Source: Burkholderiales bacterium (lineage in GTDB: Bacteria; Pseudomonadota; Gammaproteobacteria; Burkholderiales; Burkholderiaceae_C). From it: 64,000 bases of DNA. A program made the translations under genes and the position numbers. Below, in pieces: positions 32,354 through 41,640 of this stretch (position 1 is the stretch's first letter; each line of letters begins with the position of its first letter). The DNA lies in contig JBBQAI010000005.1 in the NCBI GenBank assembly GCA_038316205.1, positions 13,449-77,448 on the forward strand, written 5' to 3'. Under the pieces are notes generated by a model. It searched no databases. It saw only the letters and a program-made list of their open reading frames with translations, and had not been told where the DNA came from.

Positions 32354-34779
32354 TTCAGCAGTCGGGACGCATCCACGTCCAGCTTGGCCAGCGCGCTGCG
32401 CGTGGCGCGCACCGTCAGCGCTTCGTCCTGCGCCGGCAGCATCAAACCGGCCTGCAGATAAGACGCCAGCCGGTGCTGCTGGAACAGCACGCAGCGCGCT
32501 TGCGGCGTGACGAAGAGCGACAGCTGCTTGCGCAAGCCGTGCCAGGCCAGTTGCACCGCCTCGCTGTGGCCACCACGGTCCAGCATGTACCAGCTACCGA
32601 CCTGCAGTTCGCGCGCCCAGGACACCATGGCCGGCGTCGGCATCGAGCCACCGTCCAGCACCACTTCCAGCCCGGCGCTCTGGTGGCCCGAGAGGTCCAG
32701 CACCATCGATTCGTCGATGTCCACATCGGCCTGATCGGGCAGCAGTTCTTCCAAGGTCTCGAGCCGCTCCATCAGCTCACGCAGGCGGTCGTCGGGGATG
32801 GCCGCCGCCTTGGCCGTGAAGGCTGCGGCCAGCGAGTTGTTCAGCTGGTGGATGTGCTCGTCCTGCTTGGGTGTGTCCATGCCGGCCGAGGCCATGCCTT
32901 CGCGCAAGCTCTTCAACAGCGGCGGCAGGCGGCGCAGGACCTCGGCGCGCTCTTCGCGGCTGACCTTGGCGCTGGCACTCCAGATGAGGTCGGCGGCGGC
33001 GCGCTTCATCACCTTGGTCTGCACGCCCTGACTGCCGTAACGCACAGCCGTGGTGGCCAGGACGTCGGCCCAGACGTGGAACAAGAACTGGCGCACACCT
33101 TCCTGCACCGGCACCTCGTTGAGCATGCGGCGCAGCTCGATGGTGTACTGGATGGCCAGCGTCTCGCGCTGCTCGACCTGCTGGGCCAGCGAGACGCCGC
33201 GCTTGGTGGCTTCGTTCTCGGTGCTGAAGTAGTGCTCCAGGAACTTTTCGAACTCGGTCAACACGGTCTGAAAAACGCGGCGACCGGTGTCGGGGTAGGC
33301 CTCGACGACCTGCACGATGCGCTTGATTTCCTTTTCCAGCGCCGAATTCGGGTCGCCCGCATTGCTGGTGCTGGCGCTGTCGAAACCCATCACGCAAGCA
33401 CCCATGCGGTCGATCAGGCGGCGCGCGGGGTGGTCGATGGTGGCGAAGAAATCGGGCTCGGTGACAGCCACGCGCAGCACCGGCATCTGCAGCCGGGCGA
33501 ACCACACGCGCACGCTGGCCGGTATGCGCTCTTCGGTCAGGATGCTCTGGAACAACAAGGCCACGATCTCGATGGTGGCGCGCTCTTCGGGCGACGCCGC
33601 AGCCTTCTTCAACGCCTGTTTGCGCTGGTGGAGCTCTTCGAGCATCACCGGCGCGGTGAGGGCCGACTCGCCGCCCTGCGCGCTGCTGGCCAGGCGCTGG
33701 CGTATGCCCTGCTGGGCCGATTCGATGGCGCGGTCAAGCCCGGGTGACATCACCGGCGCTGCCCGCTGCAGGTTTTGCGACCGCGTCGAAGCGCCGAAGT
33801 CGGGCACGCTGCGGCCAATCAGGCGGTTCAAGCGTCCGAGCACCGCCTCGGCGTGGTCGCGGCTGCGGGCCAGCGGCGCGGCGCGGGTCATCATCCGCGT
33901 CTCTTCGCCGACGCTACCCCGGCCGTTGCCCGGGTTGGCGTTCTGCCAACTGCTGAAGTTGCCGCCAGAACCGGTGCTGACGCTGCCGCTCTGCGGGTAG
34001 CCCGAAGGCGCACCGAAGCCTGCTGGCATACCGTCGTCGCGTCCCGCGGGACCGCCGGGACCGGAGCCGGCCTGCGGGCTGCCGTCAAACTGGAAACCGG
34101 CCGTCGGCGGGGTATGGGTGCGCGAGCGGCGGATGAAAGGCCGCAGGTCGACCTCGGCCAGCACGCCGCGTTCCATCAACAAGCGGTTGGTCTCGTGGTA
34201 AGCCTCTTCGACCAGCAAGGCGAACTCGTCGTGCAGCAGCGGCTGCAATTCGCGCCAGCCTTCCAGCGTCTGCCCGGCGGCGCGCCACGCGTCGAAGACC
34301 ACGCGGGCCAGCATATGGGCGCGGAGCATGTCGTGAGCGTCTAGCTCAGCGCGGTGTTCGAGGTGCGAAACGCGCGAACGCAGGTCGGCGAATTCCCAGG
34401 ACGCGCGGTCCATGATGGCCAGCGCCAGGCGCGAAGTGACGATTTCCAGTTCGATGGTGTCGTCGGGCACCAGCGTCAGCGCAGCACCGGCTCCGCCAGG
34501 AGGCGGCAGGTCGCTCGGGCGGGACGCCGACCCACCGCCCGCAAGCGCAGAACGCAAACCCGCCACGATGCCGCGGTGCCAGGCCTGGGCGCCGGCCAGC
34601 AGGGACTGGACGAGGTCGCGGCGGCGCTGGAAAACGGCATGTTCCGACGGCTTGTCCAGCAACGTGCGGGCACCGTCCATCACGGCCTGCACCAGCGGTA
34701 CGAGGCCTTTGACCAGTTCCTCGGAATAGAGCCTGCGCGCCTGGCCGGCCAGGTTGTCAGGCGTGGCGCTGGTGGCCAT
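32350..34779 (-). CDS. DUF1631-family protein
   Basis: Helical protein with LQMPVLRVA...FF...HPARRLID and C-terminal LQVGSW motifs. Confidence 0.8.
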   Translation of the reverse strand: MATSATPDNLAGQARRLYSEELVKGLVPLVQAVMDGARTLLDKPSEHAVFQRRRDLVQSLLAGAQAWHRGIVAGLRSALAGGGSASRPSDLPPPGGAGAALTLVPDDTIELEIVTSRLALAIMDRASWEFADLRSRVSHLEHRAELDAHDMLRAHMLARVVFDAWRAAGQTLEGWRELQPLLHDEFALLVEEAYHETNRLLMERGVLAEVDLRPFIRRSRTHTPPTAGFQFDGSPQAGSGPGGPAGRDDGMPAGFGAPSGYPQSGSVSTGSGGNFSSWQNANPGNGRGSVGEETRMMTRAAPLARSRDHAEAVLGRLNRLIGRSVPDFGASTRSQNLQRAAPVMSPGLDRAIESAQQGIRQRLASSAQGGESALTAPVMLEELHQRKQALKKAAASPEERATIEIVALLFQSILTEERIPASVRVWFARLQMPVLRVAVTEPDFFATIDHPARRLIDRMGACVMGFDSASTSNAGDPNSALEKEIKRIVQVVEAYPDTGRRVFQTVLTEFEKFLEHYFSTENEATKRGVSLAQQVEQRETLAIQYTIELRRMLNEVPVQEGVRQFLFHVWADVLATTAVRYGSQGVQTKVMKRAAADLIWSASAKVSREERAEVLRRLPPLLKSLREGMASAGMDTPKQDEHIHQLNNSLAAAFTAKAAAIPDDRLRELMERLETLEELLPDQADVDIDESMVLDLSGHQSAGLEVVLDGGSMPTPAMVSWARELQVGSWYMLDRGGHSEAVQLAWHGLRKQLSLFVTPQARCVLFQQHRLASYLQAGLMLPAQDEALTVRATRSALAKLDVDASRLLN

Positions 34780-34822
34780 GTCGGCGGGTGGCGGCTACGC
34801 GGTTGTAGGGGATCGACTCACT

Positions 34823-35857
34823 CTACACCACGGCTCCGGCATTCGGGTCGCCGGGGTCGCTGCCCTTGCCGGTGGCCTTGACCAGATCGTCGCGCTTCAC
34901 GCCCAGCCACATCGCAATGCCAGCAGCCACGAAGATCGATGAGTAGATGCCGAACAGGATGCCGATGGTCAGCGCCACGGCGAAGTAGTGCAGCGTTGGG
35001 CCGCCGAAGATGAGCATGCTCAACACCATCATCTGGGTGCTGCCGTGGGTGATGATGGTGCGGCTGGTGGTGCTGGTGATGGCGTGGTCGATGACCTGGT
35101 GGGTGGTCAGCTTGCGGAAGCGTCTGAAGGTCTCGCGGATGCGGTCGAAGATGACCACCGATTCGTTGACCGAGTAGCCCAGCACAGCCAGGATGGCGGC
35201 AAGCACGGCCAGCGAGAACTCCCAGCGAAAGAAGGCGAAGAAGCCCAGGATGATGACCACATCGTGCAGGTTGGCGATGATGCCGGCCAGCGCGAACTTC
35301 CACTCGAAGCGAACGGCCAAGTAGGCCATGATGCCCACCACCGTGGCCAGCAGCGCCCAGGCCCCGTTCTCGTAAAGCTCTGCGCCCACGCTGGCGCCCA
35401 CCGCTTCGGTGCGGACCAAGGTCAGCGGTTCTTTGCCATCGGCCGTGGTGCAACTGGGGCGGCTGACCTGCTCGCCCTGCGGCGTCAAATACTGCTTGGT
35501 GGCGCGCACGCCCTGCTCGGCCTTGCACAACGCGTCGAAGACGCGGTCAGCCACTTCGGTCTGCTTCACGTCGGCACGCACAGGCAGGCGGATGAGCACG
35601 TCGTGCGAGGTGCCGAAGTTCTGCACCTGCACCTCACCGAAGCCCAGGCTGTCCACGGTAGACCGGGTGCGGTTGATGTCGGCGGACTGCACGTAGGCCA
35701 CTTCCACCAGGGTGCCGCCGGTGAATTCGATGGACAGGTGCAGCCCGCGCGTGGCCAGGAAAAACACGGCCAGCGCGAAGGTCACGAACGACACCGCGTT
35801 GAGCACCAGCGCGTGGCGCATGAACGGGATGTCCTTGCGGATGCGGAAAAACTCCAT
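34823..35857 (-). CDS. secF: Protein translocase subunit SecF
   Basis: SIEFTGG, HDVVI, GYSVNESVVIFDRIRE, SRTIIT. Confidence 0.97.
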   Translation of the reverse strand: MEFFRIRKDIPFMRHALVLNAVSFVTFALAVFFLATRGLHLSIEFTGGTLVEVAYVQSADINRTRSTVDSLGFGEVQVQNFGTSHDVLIRLPVRADVKQTEVADRVFDALCKAEQGVRATKQYLTPQGEQVSRPSCTTADGKEPLTLVRTEAVGASVGAELYENGAWALLATVVGIMAYLAVRFEWKFALAGIIANLHDVVIILGFFAFFRWEFSLAVLAAILAVLGYSVNESVVIFDRIRETFRRFRKLTTHQVIDHAITSTTSRTIITHGSTQMMVLSMLIFGGPTLHYFAVALTIGILFGIYSSIFVAAGIAMWLGVKRDDLVKATGKGSDPGDPNAGAVV

Positions 35858-35873
35858 GTGCGGCTCCGGTGCC

Positions 35874-37739
35874 TCAGGCTTCGTTTCTGTCGGCGACGGG
35901 CCCCGCGACGGCGGGCACAGCGGCGCCGTCAGGGCGCCAGATCTGGCCGATGGACACCGACTTCAGCTTCTTCTGCCTGCCGTACCAGAAGTTCACCAGG
36001 CCGCGCGAGAACATCACCGCCGAGAACATCGAGGTCAGGATGCCCAGGCAGTGCACGATGGCGAAACCGCGTATCGGGCCGGTGCCGAAGGTCAGCAGCG
36101 CCACGCCGGCAATCAGCGTGGTGACGTTGCTGTCCAGGATGGTGGCGAAGGCCTTTTCGTAGCCGGCGCTGATGGCCTGCTGCGGCCCGGCGCCGCCGCG
36201 CAACTCTTCGCGCACGCGCTCGTTGATCAGAACGTTGGCGTCGATGGCCATGCCCAGCGCCAGCGCGATGGCCGCGATGCCGGGCAGCGTCAGGGTGGCC
36301 TGCAACATCGACAGCACGGCCACCAGACACAGCAGGTTGAACGCCAGCGCGATGGCCGAAAAGGCACCGAACAGCATGTAGTAGGCGCACATGAAGATGG
36401 CGATGGCGATGAAGCCGCCGGTCACGCTGTACAGGCCCTTGGTGATGTTGTCCGCGCCCAGGCTGGGGCCGATGGTGCGTTCTTCGACGATCTCCATCGG
36501 TGCGGCCAGCGCGCCGGCGCGGGTCAGCAGCGCCAGGTCGGCGGTTTCCTGCGGCGTGAAGTTGCCGGTGATCTGGAAGTCGGTGCCGAATTCACCGTTG
36601 ATGGTGGCCACCGACAAGGCCTCGCCCTTGCCCTTTTCGTAGAGCACGATGGCCATGGGCTTGCCCAGGTTCTCGCGCGTGGTGGTGCGCATGTTGCGGC
36701 CGGCCACGTCGTCCAGGCGCACGCTGACGGCAGGGCGCTGGTCCTTGTCGATGGTGGCGCTGGCCTGCTTCAGTTGTTCGCCGGTGGCGATGCTGTCGCG
36801 CTTCAGGCCCACCGTGCCGCCGCCGCGCGTGGGCACCACTTCGGCGGCCGTGGCGGTGTCGGGATCGACCAGCCGGAATTGCAGCGTGGCCGTGCGGCCG
36901 ATGATGGACTTGGCGCGCGCCGTGTCCTGCACGCCAGGCAATTGCACAACCACGCGGTCCAGGCCCTGTTGCTGGATCGTCGGCTCGGCCACGCCCAGCT
37001 CGTTCACGCGCTTGTGCAGCGTCTCGATGTTCTGCGTGATGGCCTGGGTCTGGATGTCGTTGATGGCCTTGGCCGACAGGCGGCCGATCAGGCGCACACC
37101 GCCATCGGCCGGCTCGTCGGTCCAGGTCAGCGACGGCAGGCGGTCGGACAGGATGTCGCGCGCCTTGGCGGCCTCGGCGGCGTCGGGCAAGCCGACGGTG
37201 ATGCCGTTCGGTTCCCGCGTGATGCCGGCGAAACGCACGCGCTTTTCGCGCAGCGCCGCGCGGGCGTCGCTGCCGTAGGTGTCCACGGCCTGCTTGAGCG
37301 CGCCGCGCATGTCCACCTGCATCAGGAAGTGCACGCCGCCGCGCAGGTCCAGCCCCAGGTACATCGGCAGCGCGTGCAGGCTAACCATCCAGCGCGGCGT
37401 GTTCGAAACCAGGTTCAGCGCGACCACATAGCGCGGGTCGGCGGCATCGGGGTTCAGCGCCTTGCTCAACGCGTCTTTGGCCTTGAGCTGGGTGTCGGTA
37501 TCGGAGAAGCGGGCGCGCACCGAACCGTTGTCGAACTGCACGAAATCCGGCTTGATGCTGGCGGCCTGCAGAACCTGCTGCACGCGGTCGATCATCGTGC
37601 CATCGACTTTGACCGTCGACTTGCCGCCCGACACCTGCACGGCCGGCGCTTCGCCGTAGAAATTAGGAACGGTGTAGAGCAGGCCGATCAACAGCGCGAT
37701 GCCGAGGATCGCGTACTTCCACAGGGGGTAGCGGTTCAT
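35874..37739 (-). CDS. secD: Protein translocase subunit SecD
   Basis: LGLDLRGG, RVNELGVAEP, IGPSLG, AIDANVLINERVREE, ILDSNVTT. Confidence 0.98.
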   Translation of the reverse strand: MNRYPLWKYAILGIALLIGLLYTVPNFYGEAPAVQVSGGKSTVKVDGTMIDRVQQVLQAASIKPDFVQFDNGSVRARFSDTDTQLKAKDALSKALNPDAADPRYVVALNLVSNTPRWMVSLHALPMYLGLDLRGGVHFLMQVDMRGALKQAVDTYGSDARAALREKRVRFAGITREPNGITVGLPDAAEAAKARDILSDRLPSLTWTDEPADGGVRLIGRLSAKAINDIQTQAITQNIETLHKRVNELGVAEPTIQQQGLDRVVVQLPGVQDTARAKSIIGRTATLQFRLVDPDTATAAEVVPTRGGGTVGLKRDSIATGEQLKQASATIDKDQRPAVSVRLDDVAGRNMRTTTRENLGKPMAIVLYEKGKGEALSVATINGEFGTDFQITGNFTPQETADLALLTRAGALAAPMEIVEERTIGPSLGADNITKGLYSVTGGFIAIAIFMCAYYMLFGAFSAIALAFNLLCLVAVLSMLQATLTLPGIAAIALALGMAIDANVLINERVREELRGGAGPQQAISAGYEKAFATILDSNVTTLIAGVALLTFGTGPIRGFAIVHCLGILTSMFSAVMFSRGLVNFWYGRQKKLKSVSIGQIWRPDGAAVPAVAGPVADRNEA

Positions 37740-37750
37740 GCGGAACGCTC

Positions 37751-38080
37751 CTACTTGAACGTTCCCTTGGGCAGCACCTGAATCACCGCACCGCGCTGCA
37801 CTTGCAGTTCGACGTTGTTGGCCACTTCGACGTGGACGAAGGTCTCGCCCAGCTTGGCGACCTTGCCGATGACGCCGCCACCGATGACGACTTCGTCACC
37901 CTTGGCCAGCGCCTCGATCATGGCCTTGTGTTCCTTCTGCTTCTTCATCTGCGGGCGGATCATGATGAAGTACAGCACCACGAACATCAGCGCCAAAGGC
38001 GCCAGGCTCAGCAGCGAGGATTCGGCACCACCGGCGGCGGCGGCCGGGGCGGTCTGGGCAAAGGCTTCGGAGATGAACAC
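37751..38080 (-). CDS. yajC: Preprotein translocase subunit YajC
   Basis: GTG start (M)FISEAFAQ...YFIMIRPQMKKQKEHKAM...KGDEV; upstream of secD. Confidence 0.95.
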   Translation of the reverse strand: MFISEAFAQTAPAAAAGGAESSLLSLAPLALMFVVLYFIMIRPQMKKQKEHKAMIEALAKGDEVVIGGGVIGKVAKLGETFVHVEVANNVELQVQRGAVIQVLPKGTFK

Positions 38081-38157
38081 GGCTGGCGATCCTGATTGCT
38101 GATGACGGGGCGAACGGCTGACGGCTCGATCGGGCAAGCCCGGGCGAACCGCGAATT

Positions 38158-41100
38158 CTAAGGTGCGCCGACCGGCTGGCTCAAACGGTCGCCAGTCAGC
38201 CCCACCGGTTCTGCGGGTCGCCGCGCGGCGGCCAGCCACAGCAGCACCAGCAGCAGCCACAAGAAGCGCGGCGCGTCGATCAAGGTGTTCAGCGTGCTCG
38301 ACACCGCAAAGCCCAACACCGCCGGCAGCGCGGCCGCCACCAGCACCTGCCCATGCCACACCGCCAACACGCCGCCGCCCAGCGCCACCAATGCCAACCC
38401 AGCCCAGGCCAGCACGCCCAACCAGCCCTGGTCGAAGAGCACGGCCACCGGCAGGCTGTGCAACTGCCAGGGCGGGTCGACGTCGGTGGCGAAGAACCAG
38501 CGGTCCATGCCATCTGCGAAGTCGCCGTTGACCAGCAATTCGTCGCCCAACGCGGTGCGCAGGCGCACGTGGGTCACGTCCACCCAGCCTTGCTTGGGCG
38601 TCAGCAGCGACAGCTTCAGCGGCGCGCGCCAGGGCGCCGGGCGGGCCAGCAGGGGTGAGGCGTCGAGCGCCAGTTCGGTGTGCTGCCAGGCACCGGCGGA
38701 CGCAGCCGACCCAGCCGACGCAGAAGGCACAGACGAAGGAACAGGCGAAGGAACGGGCGCAGGAACGGGCGCAGGAACGGGCGCAATGACGGCAGCGCCC
38801 TGGGCCGTAGAGGCAGGCGAAGCCGGCGCCACTGCCCTTGCGGGTGCGCAGCCCAGCGAGGTCAGGGTCCACTTCTCGCACAGCAGCACTTGCGGCCCGG
38901 GTTGGCCAGCGCTGGCGCGCCAGTCCAGCGACAGGCGCAAGGCGCCGATGTCAGGGCGCGGCACGATCTGCTCGATGTAGAGCGTCGCGCCCTGCGCCAG
39001 GCGCAGGTGGTGCGGGAAACCTGCACCCGCGTCATCGCGGACCAGGCTGTAGCTGGCAGCGTGCACAGCCTCGGCGCTGCGCCAGTAGTGGGCCTGCGGG
39101 TAGCGGCCGACGCCCATGCCGACCAGAGCAGTCGTCAGGCTGCTGCCGCGCAGCGCCAGGCCATCGGCCCAGTGCGCCTGCCGCACGCCCAGGTCTTGTG
39201 CCGACTGCGCCAGCCGCTGCTGCGCGTAGCTGCCCCCTGCGATAGGCACGGCGATGGCCAGCAGCAAAGCCGCCAGCGCCGCACCCGTGGCCCCTGCATG
39301 CCAGTCTCGCCGGGCCTGCGCTTGCCGCGCCCATAAAACGGCCTGCATCAGCAAGCCGGCCAGCAGCACCACCGCCAACGCCGCGTATCCGTTGCGTGAG
39401 TAGGTGACCATGGTGGCGTAGCCCGCGCCGACCAGCACCAGCAATGCGGCCAGCCGCGCAGGCCACCGCAAAGCCAAAGGCCCCGGCTGCAAGACCGTGG
39501 CGATGGCGAAGGCCGAGCCCACGGCCAGGAAGCATTCGATGTAGGCGCCGCCCTTGTGCATGGCCGAGAAAGGACCGGTGACGCGGAAGTCGGCCGCGAA
39601 GTCCCACAGGCCGCCGGTGAAAACGACGCGCTCGAAGCCGACGATCAGCACGGTCAAGGCCAGGCCGGTCAGCACCCCCGCACTGAACACGCGAGCGCGC
39701 CGCGCCGGCGGGTCGGGCAGCCGCAGCCACAGCACCACGAACAGCCAGGCCCAGAGCGCACCCTTGATGATGCGCAGCGCGTTGAAGGCGCTGGTGTAAC
39801 TGCTGAAGCTGTCGCCGTCAGGCCAGGCCGGCGGCCACAGCGCGCGCAGGCTGCTCAGCAACAGGCTCAGGCCCAACGCGGCAAAGGCCAGCGTCAGCAG
39901 ACGAAGGCGCTGCGGCTGCGATGACCGCGACCGCATCGGCAAACGCGCGAAGGCGACGGCAATGCACACCGCCTGCAGCAGGTCGAATTCGTCCAAAAAG
40001 AAGCGGCCGCTCCACGGCGCCAGGTCCAACACCGGCAGCGCGGCCGGCACCAGGGCCAGCGCCAGCACCGGCCAGCGGCCGACCAGCACCGCCGCCGCGG
40101 TCAGCCCCGTCAACAGCGTACCGGGGAACACCGGGAAGGCCACTGCCCACAAGGCCACCGGCGGCAGCACCAGCAGCCACGGCCAGCATGTGGCGCCCGA
40201 TGCCGCAACGGCGGTAGCAGTCGCAGCCGCATCCGAAACCGGTGCGGCAGACTCGCGCTGCGCCATCGCCAGCACCGCCAAGGCCAGCGCGTTGCCGGCC
40301 ACGGCCACCAGCGCATTCGTGGGGTCGGCGTGCAGCCCCTCGACGAAGAGCTTGCCGAATTCGACGGTCAGCACCAGGCCCGCCGTCAGCGCCGCCGTCA
40401 CGCCCAAGCTTTGCCCACGCGCCCAGCCCAGCGCCGCGACGGGCAGGTACATCAGCGCCACGCTGCCCAGGCTGAAAAGAGCCAGCGCTTCCGACGTGTA
40501 GTAGTGGTAGTAAAACGGCAGCAGATGCGTGGACTGCCACGAACCCCAGGCCGCGTCGGCCCCATGCCAGGTGTGCTTGAAGGCGCCGTTCACCGCCGCC
40601 AACAGCGGCAGATAGACCGCCCACAGCGGCAGCACCCAGGGCCGCAGCGTGGCCCGCAGGCCCGTCCAGCCGACCGCCCGCAGCCAGGGCAGCACGGCAG
40701 CGCCAGTGGCCACGCCCAAACCCCGACTGAGCACCGACGCACCCTGGCTGACGCCCGAGGAAACGAAAAACTGGCCGACTTCGATGACCGCGCCCAGCAA
40801 CAGGCCGGCGGCGAAAGCGCGCGCCGGGAGTCCGCCGCCGCGGCTTTGCATCCCGCGCAGGGCGCCGATGGGCAGCGCCATCGCCACTTCCACCAGCAGT
40901 TGCACCCCGGTGAAGAACAGGCCGCGTTCCTGCGGCGCCAGCCACAAACTCCAATGTTGGGACTGCCATTTGCCGGCCAGTTCGGTCTGCGACAGCAGCA
41001 GGTCGTAGGGGAAGAAACACAGCAGCACATAGGCCACCGCGTAAAGCTCCAGCAGGTGGGGCAACAGCCGGGCGCCGCCGCTGCGCCAGCCCCGCGCAAG

Positions 41101-41517
41101 GCGGTCCAGCCAAGCCGACAACAGCGGTGCCATGCCAGCCCCCAGCACGCTGCCGATGCACTCGGCCAGGATGTCGTTCTGCGAAACCGTGCGCGCCGGG
41201 AAGTACAGCTGCGTGAATTCCACGCCCACGGCCAGCGCGCAGCACAGCAGCGCTGTCAACACGGCTGCCAGCACCTGCGGCAGGCCGCGTTCGAAGGCCG
41301 CGCGGGCGCCCAAAAAAGCCAGCGGGGCGTAAAGCACGCCGTTGGCGATCCAGTCGGCCCGCGATTCCAGGCCCAGCTTCAGGAAGGGGATGTGCTGGAA
41401 GCGGCCCCATGCCTCGTCCAGCGGCAGCGCCCGGAATTCCAGCGGCACCAAACTGCCGTAGACGACGAATGCGCCGTAGGCCAGCGCCAGCCACAGCGTG
41501 GTGGCGGGGCGGTTCAT
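38158..41517 (-). CDS. Large polytopic membrane protein: three VanZ-like repeats + O-antigen ligase/Wzy_C-like domain with periplasmic insert
   Basis: VanZ motifs (DWIANGVLYAP..EFTQLYFPARTVSQND; EVGQFFV; EFGKLFV); ligase-like TYSRNG, GMGVG, HS..V..L.DQGWLG. Confidence 0.75.
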   Translation of the reverse strand: MNRPATTLWLALAYGAFVVYGSLVPLEFRALPLDEAWGRFQHIPFLKLGLESRADWIANGVLYAPLAFLGARAAFERGLPQVLAAVLTALLCCALAVGVEFTQLYFPARTVSQNDILAECIGSVLGAGMAPLLSAWLDRLARGWRSGGARLLPHLLELYAVAYVLLCFFPYDLLLSQTELAGKWQSQHWSLWLAPQERGLFFTGVQLLVEVAMALPIGALRGMQSRGGGLPARAFAAGLLLGAVIEVGQFFVSSGVSQGASVLSRGLGVATGAAVLPWLRAVGWTGLRATLRPWVLPLWAVYLPLLAAVNGAFKHTWHGADAAWGSWQSTHLLPFYYHYYTSEALALFSLGSVALMYLPVAALGWARGQSLGVTAALTAGLVLTVEFGKLFVEGLHADPTNALVAVAGNALALAVLAMAQRESAAPVSDAAATATAVAASGATCWPWLLVLPPVALWAVAFPVFPGTLLTGLTAAAVLVGRWPVLALALVPAALPVLDLAPWSGRFFLDEFDLLQAVCIAVAFARLPMRSRSSQPQRLRLLTLAFAALGLSLLLSSLRALWPPAWPDGDSFSSYTSAFNALRIIKGALWAWLFVVLWLRLPDPPARRARVFSAGVLTGLALTVLIVGFERVVFTGGLWDFAADFRVTGPFSAMHKGGAYIECFLAVGSAFAIATVLQPGPLALRWPARLAALLVLVGAGYATMVTYSRNGYAALAVVLLAGLLMQAVLWARQAQARRDWHAGATGAALAALLLAIAVPIAGGSYAQQRLAQSAQDLGVRQAHWADGLALRGSSLTTALVGMGVGRYPQAHYWRSAEAVHAASYSLVRDDAGAGFPHHLRLAQGATLYIEQIVPRPDIGALRLSLDWRASAGQPGPQVLLCEKWTLTSLGCAPARAVAPASPASTAQGAAVIAPVPAPVPAPVPSPVPSSVPSASAGSAASAGAWQHTELALDASPLLARPAPWRAPLKLSLLTPKQGWVDVTHVRLRTALGDELLVNGDFADGMDRWFFATDVDPPWQLHSLPVAVLFDQGWLGVLAWAGLALVALGGGVLAVWHGQVLVAAALPAVLGFAVSSTLNTLIDAPRFLWLLLVLLWLAAARRPAEPVGLTGDRLSQPVGAP
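38737..38784. repeat. In-frame 12-bp tandem array (AGGAACGGGCGC x3 + 1 variant) encoding an APVP linker
   Basis: Read directly. Confidence 0.85.
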
Positions 41518-41566
41518 CCAGCGGGGTGGGTGCGCGACATCACGCCGCGATCATGCCGCCTGCCGA

Positions 41567-41602
41567 GTGCCGCGACGTGTGCCGCGACGTGTGCCGCGAC
41601 GC
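41567..41602. repeat. Intergenic 12-bp tandem repeat GTGCCGCGACGT x3 (last copy ends in C)
   Basis: Read directly; 50-85 bp upstream of the VanZ/ligase gene start. Confidence 0.9.
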
Positions 41603-41640
41603 TCGCCGCCCTCAAACCAGGTCCGGGGCGGCCAGCCGGC

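Noticed and set aside
41567-41602. Possible CRISPR-like or iteron array
   Set aside because: Only three 12-bp units with no spacers, and no cas or rep gene nearby.
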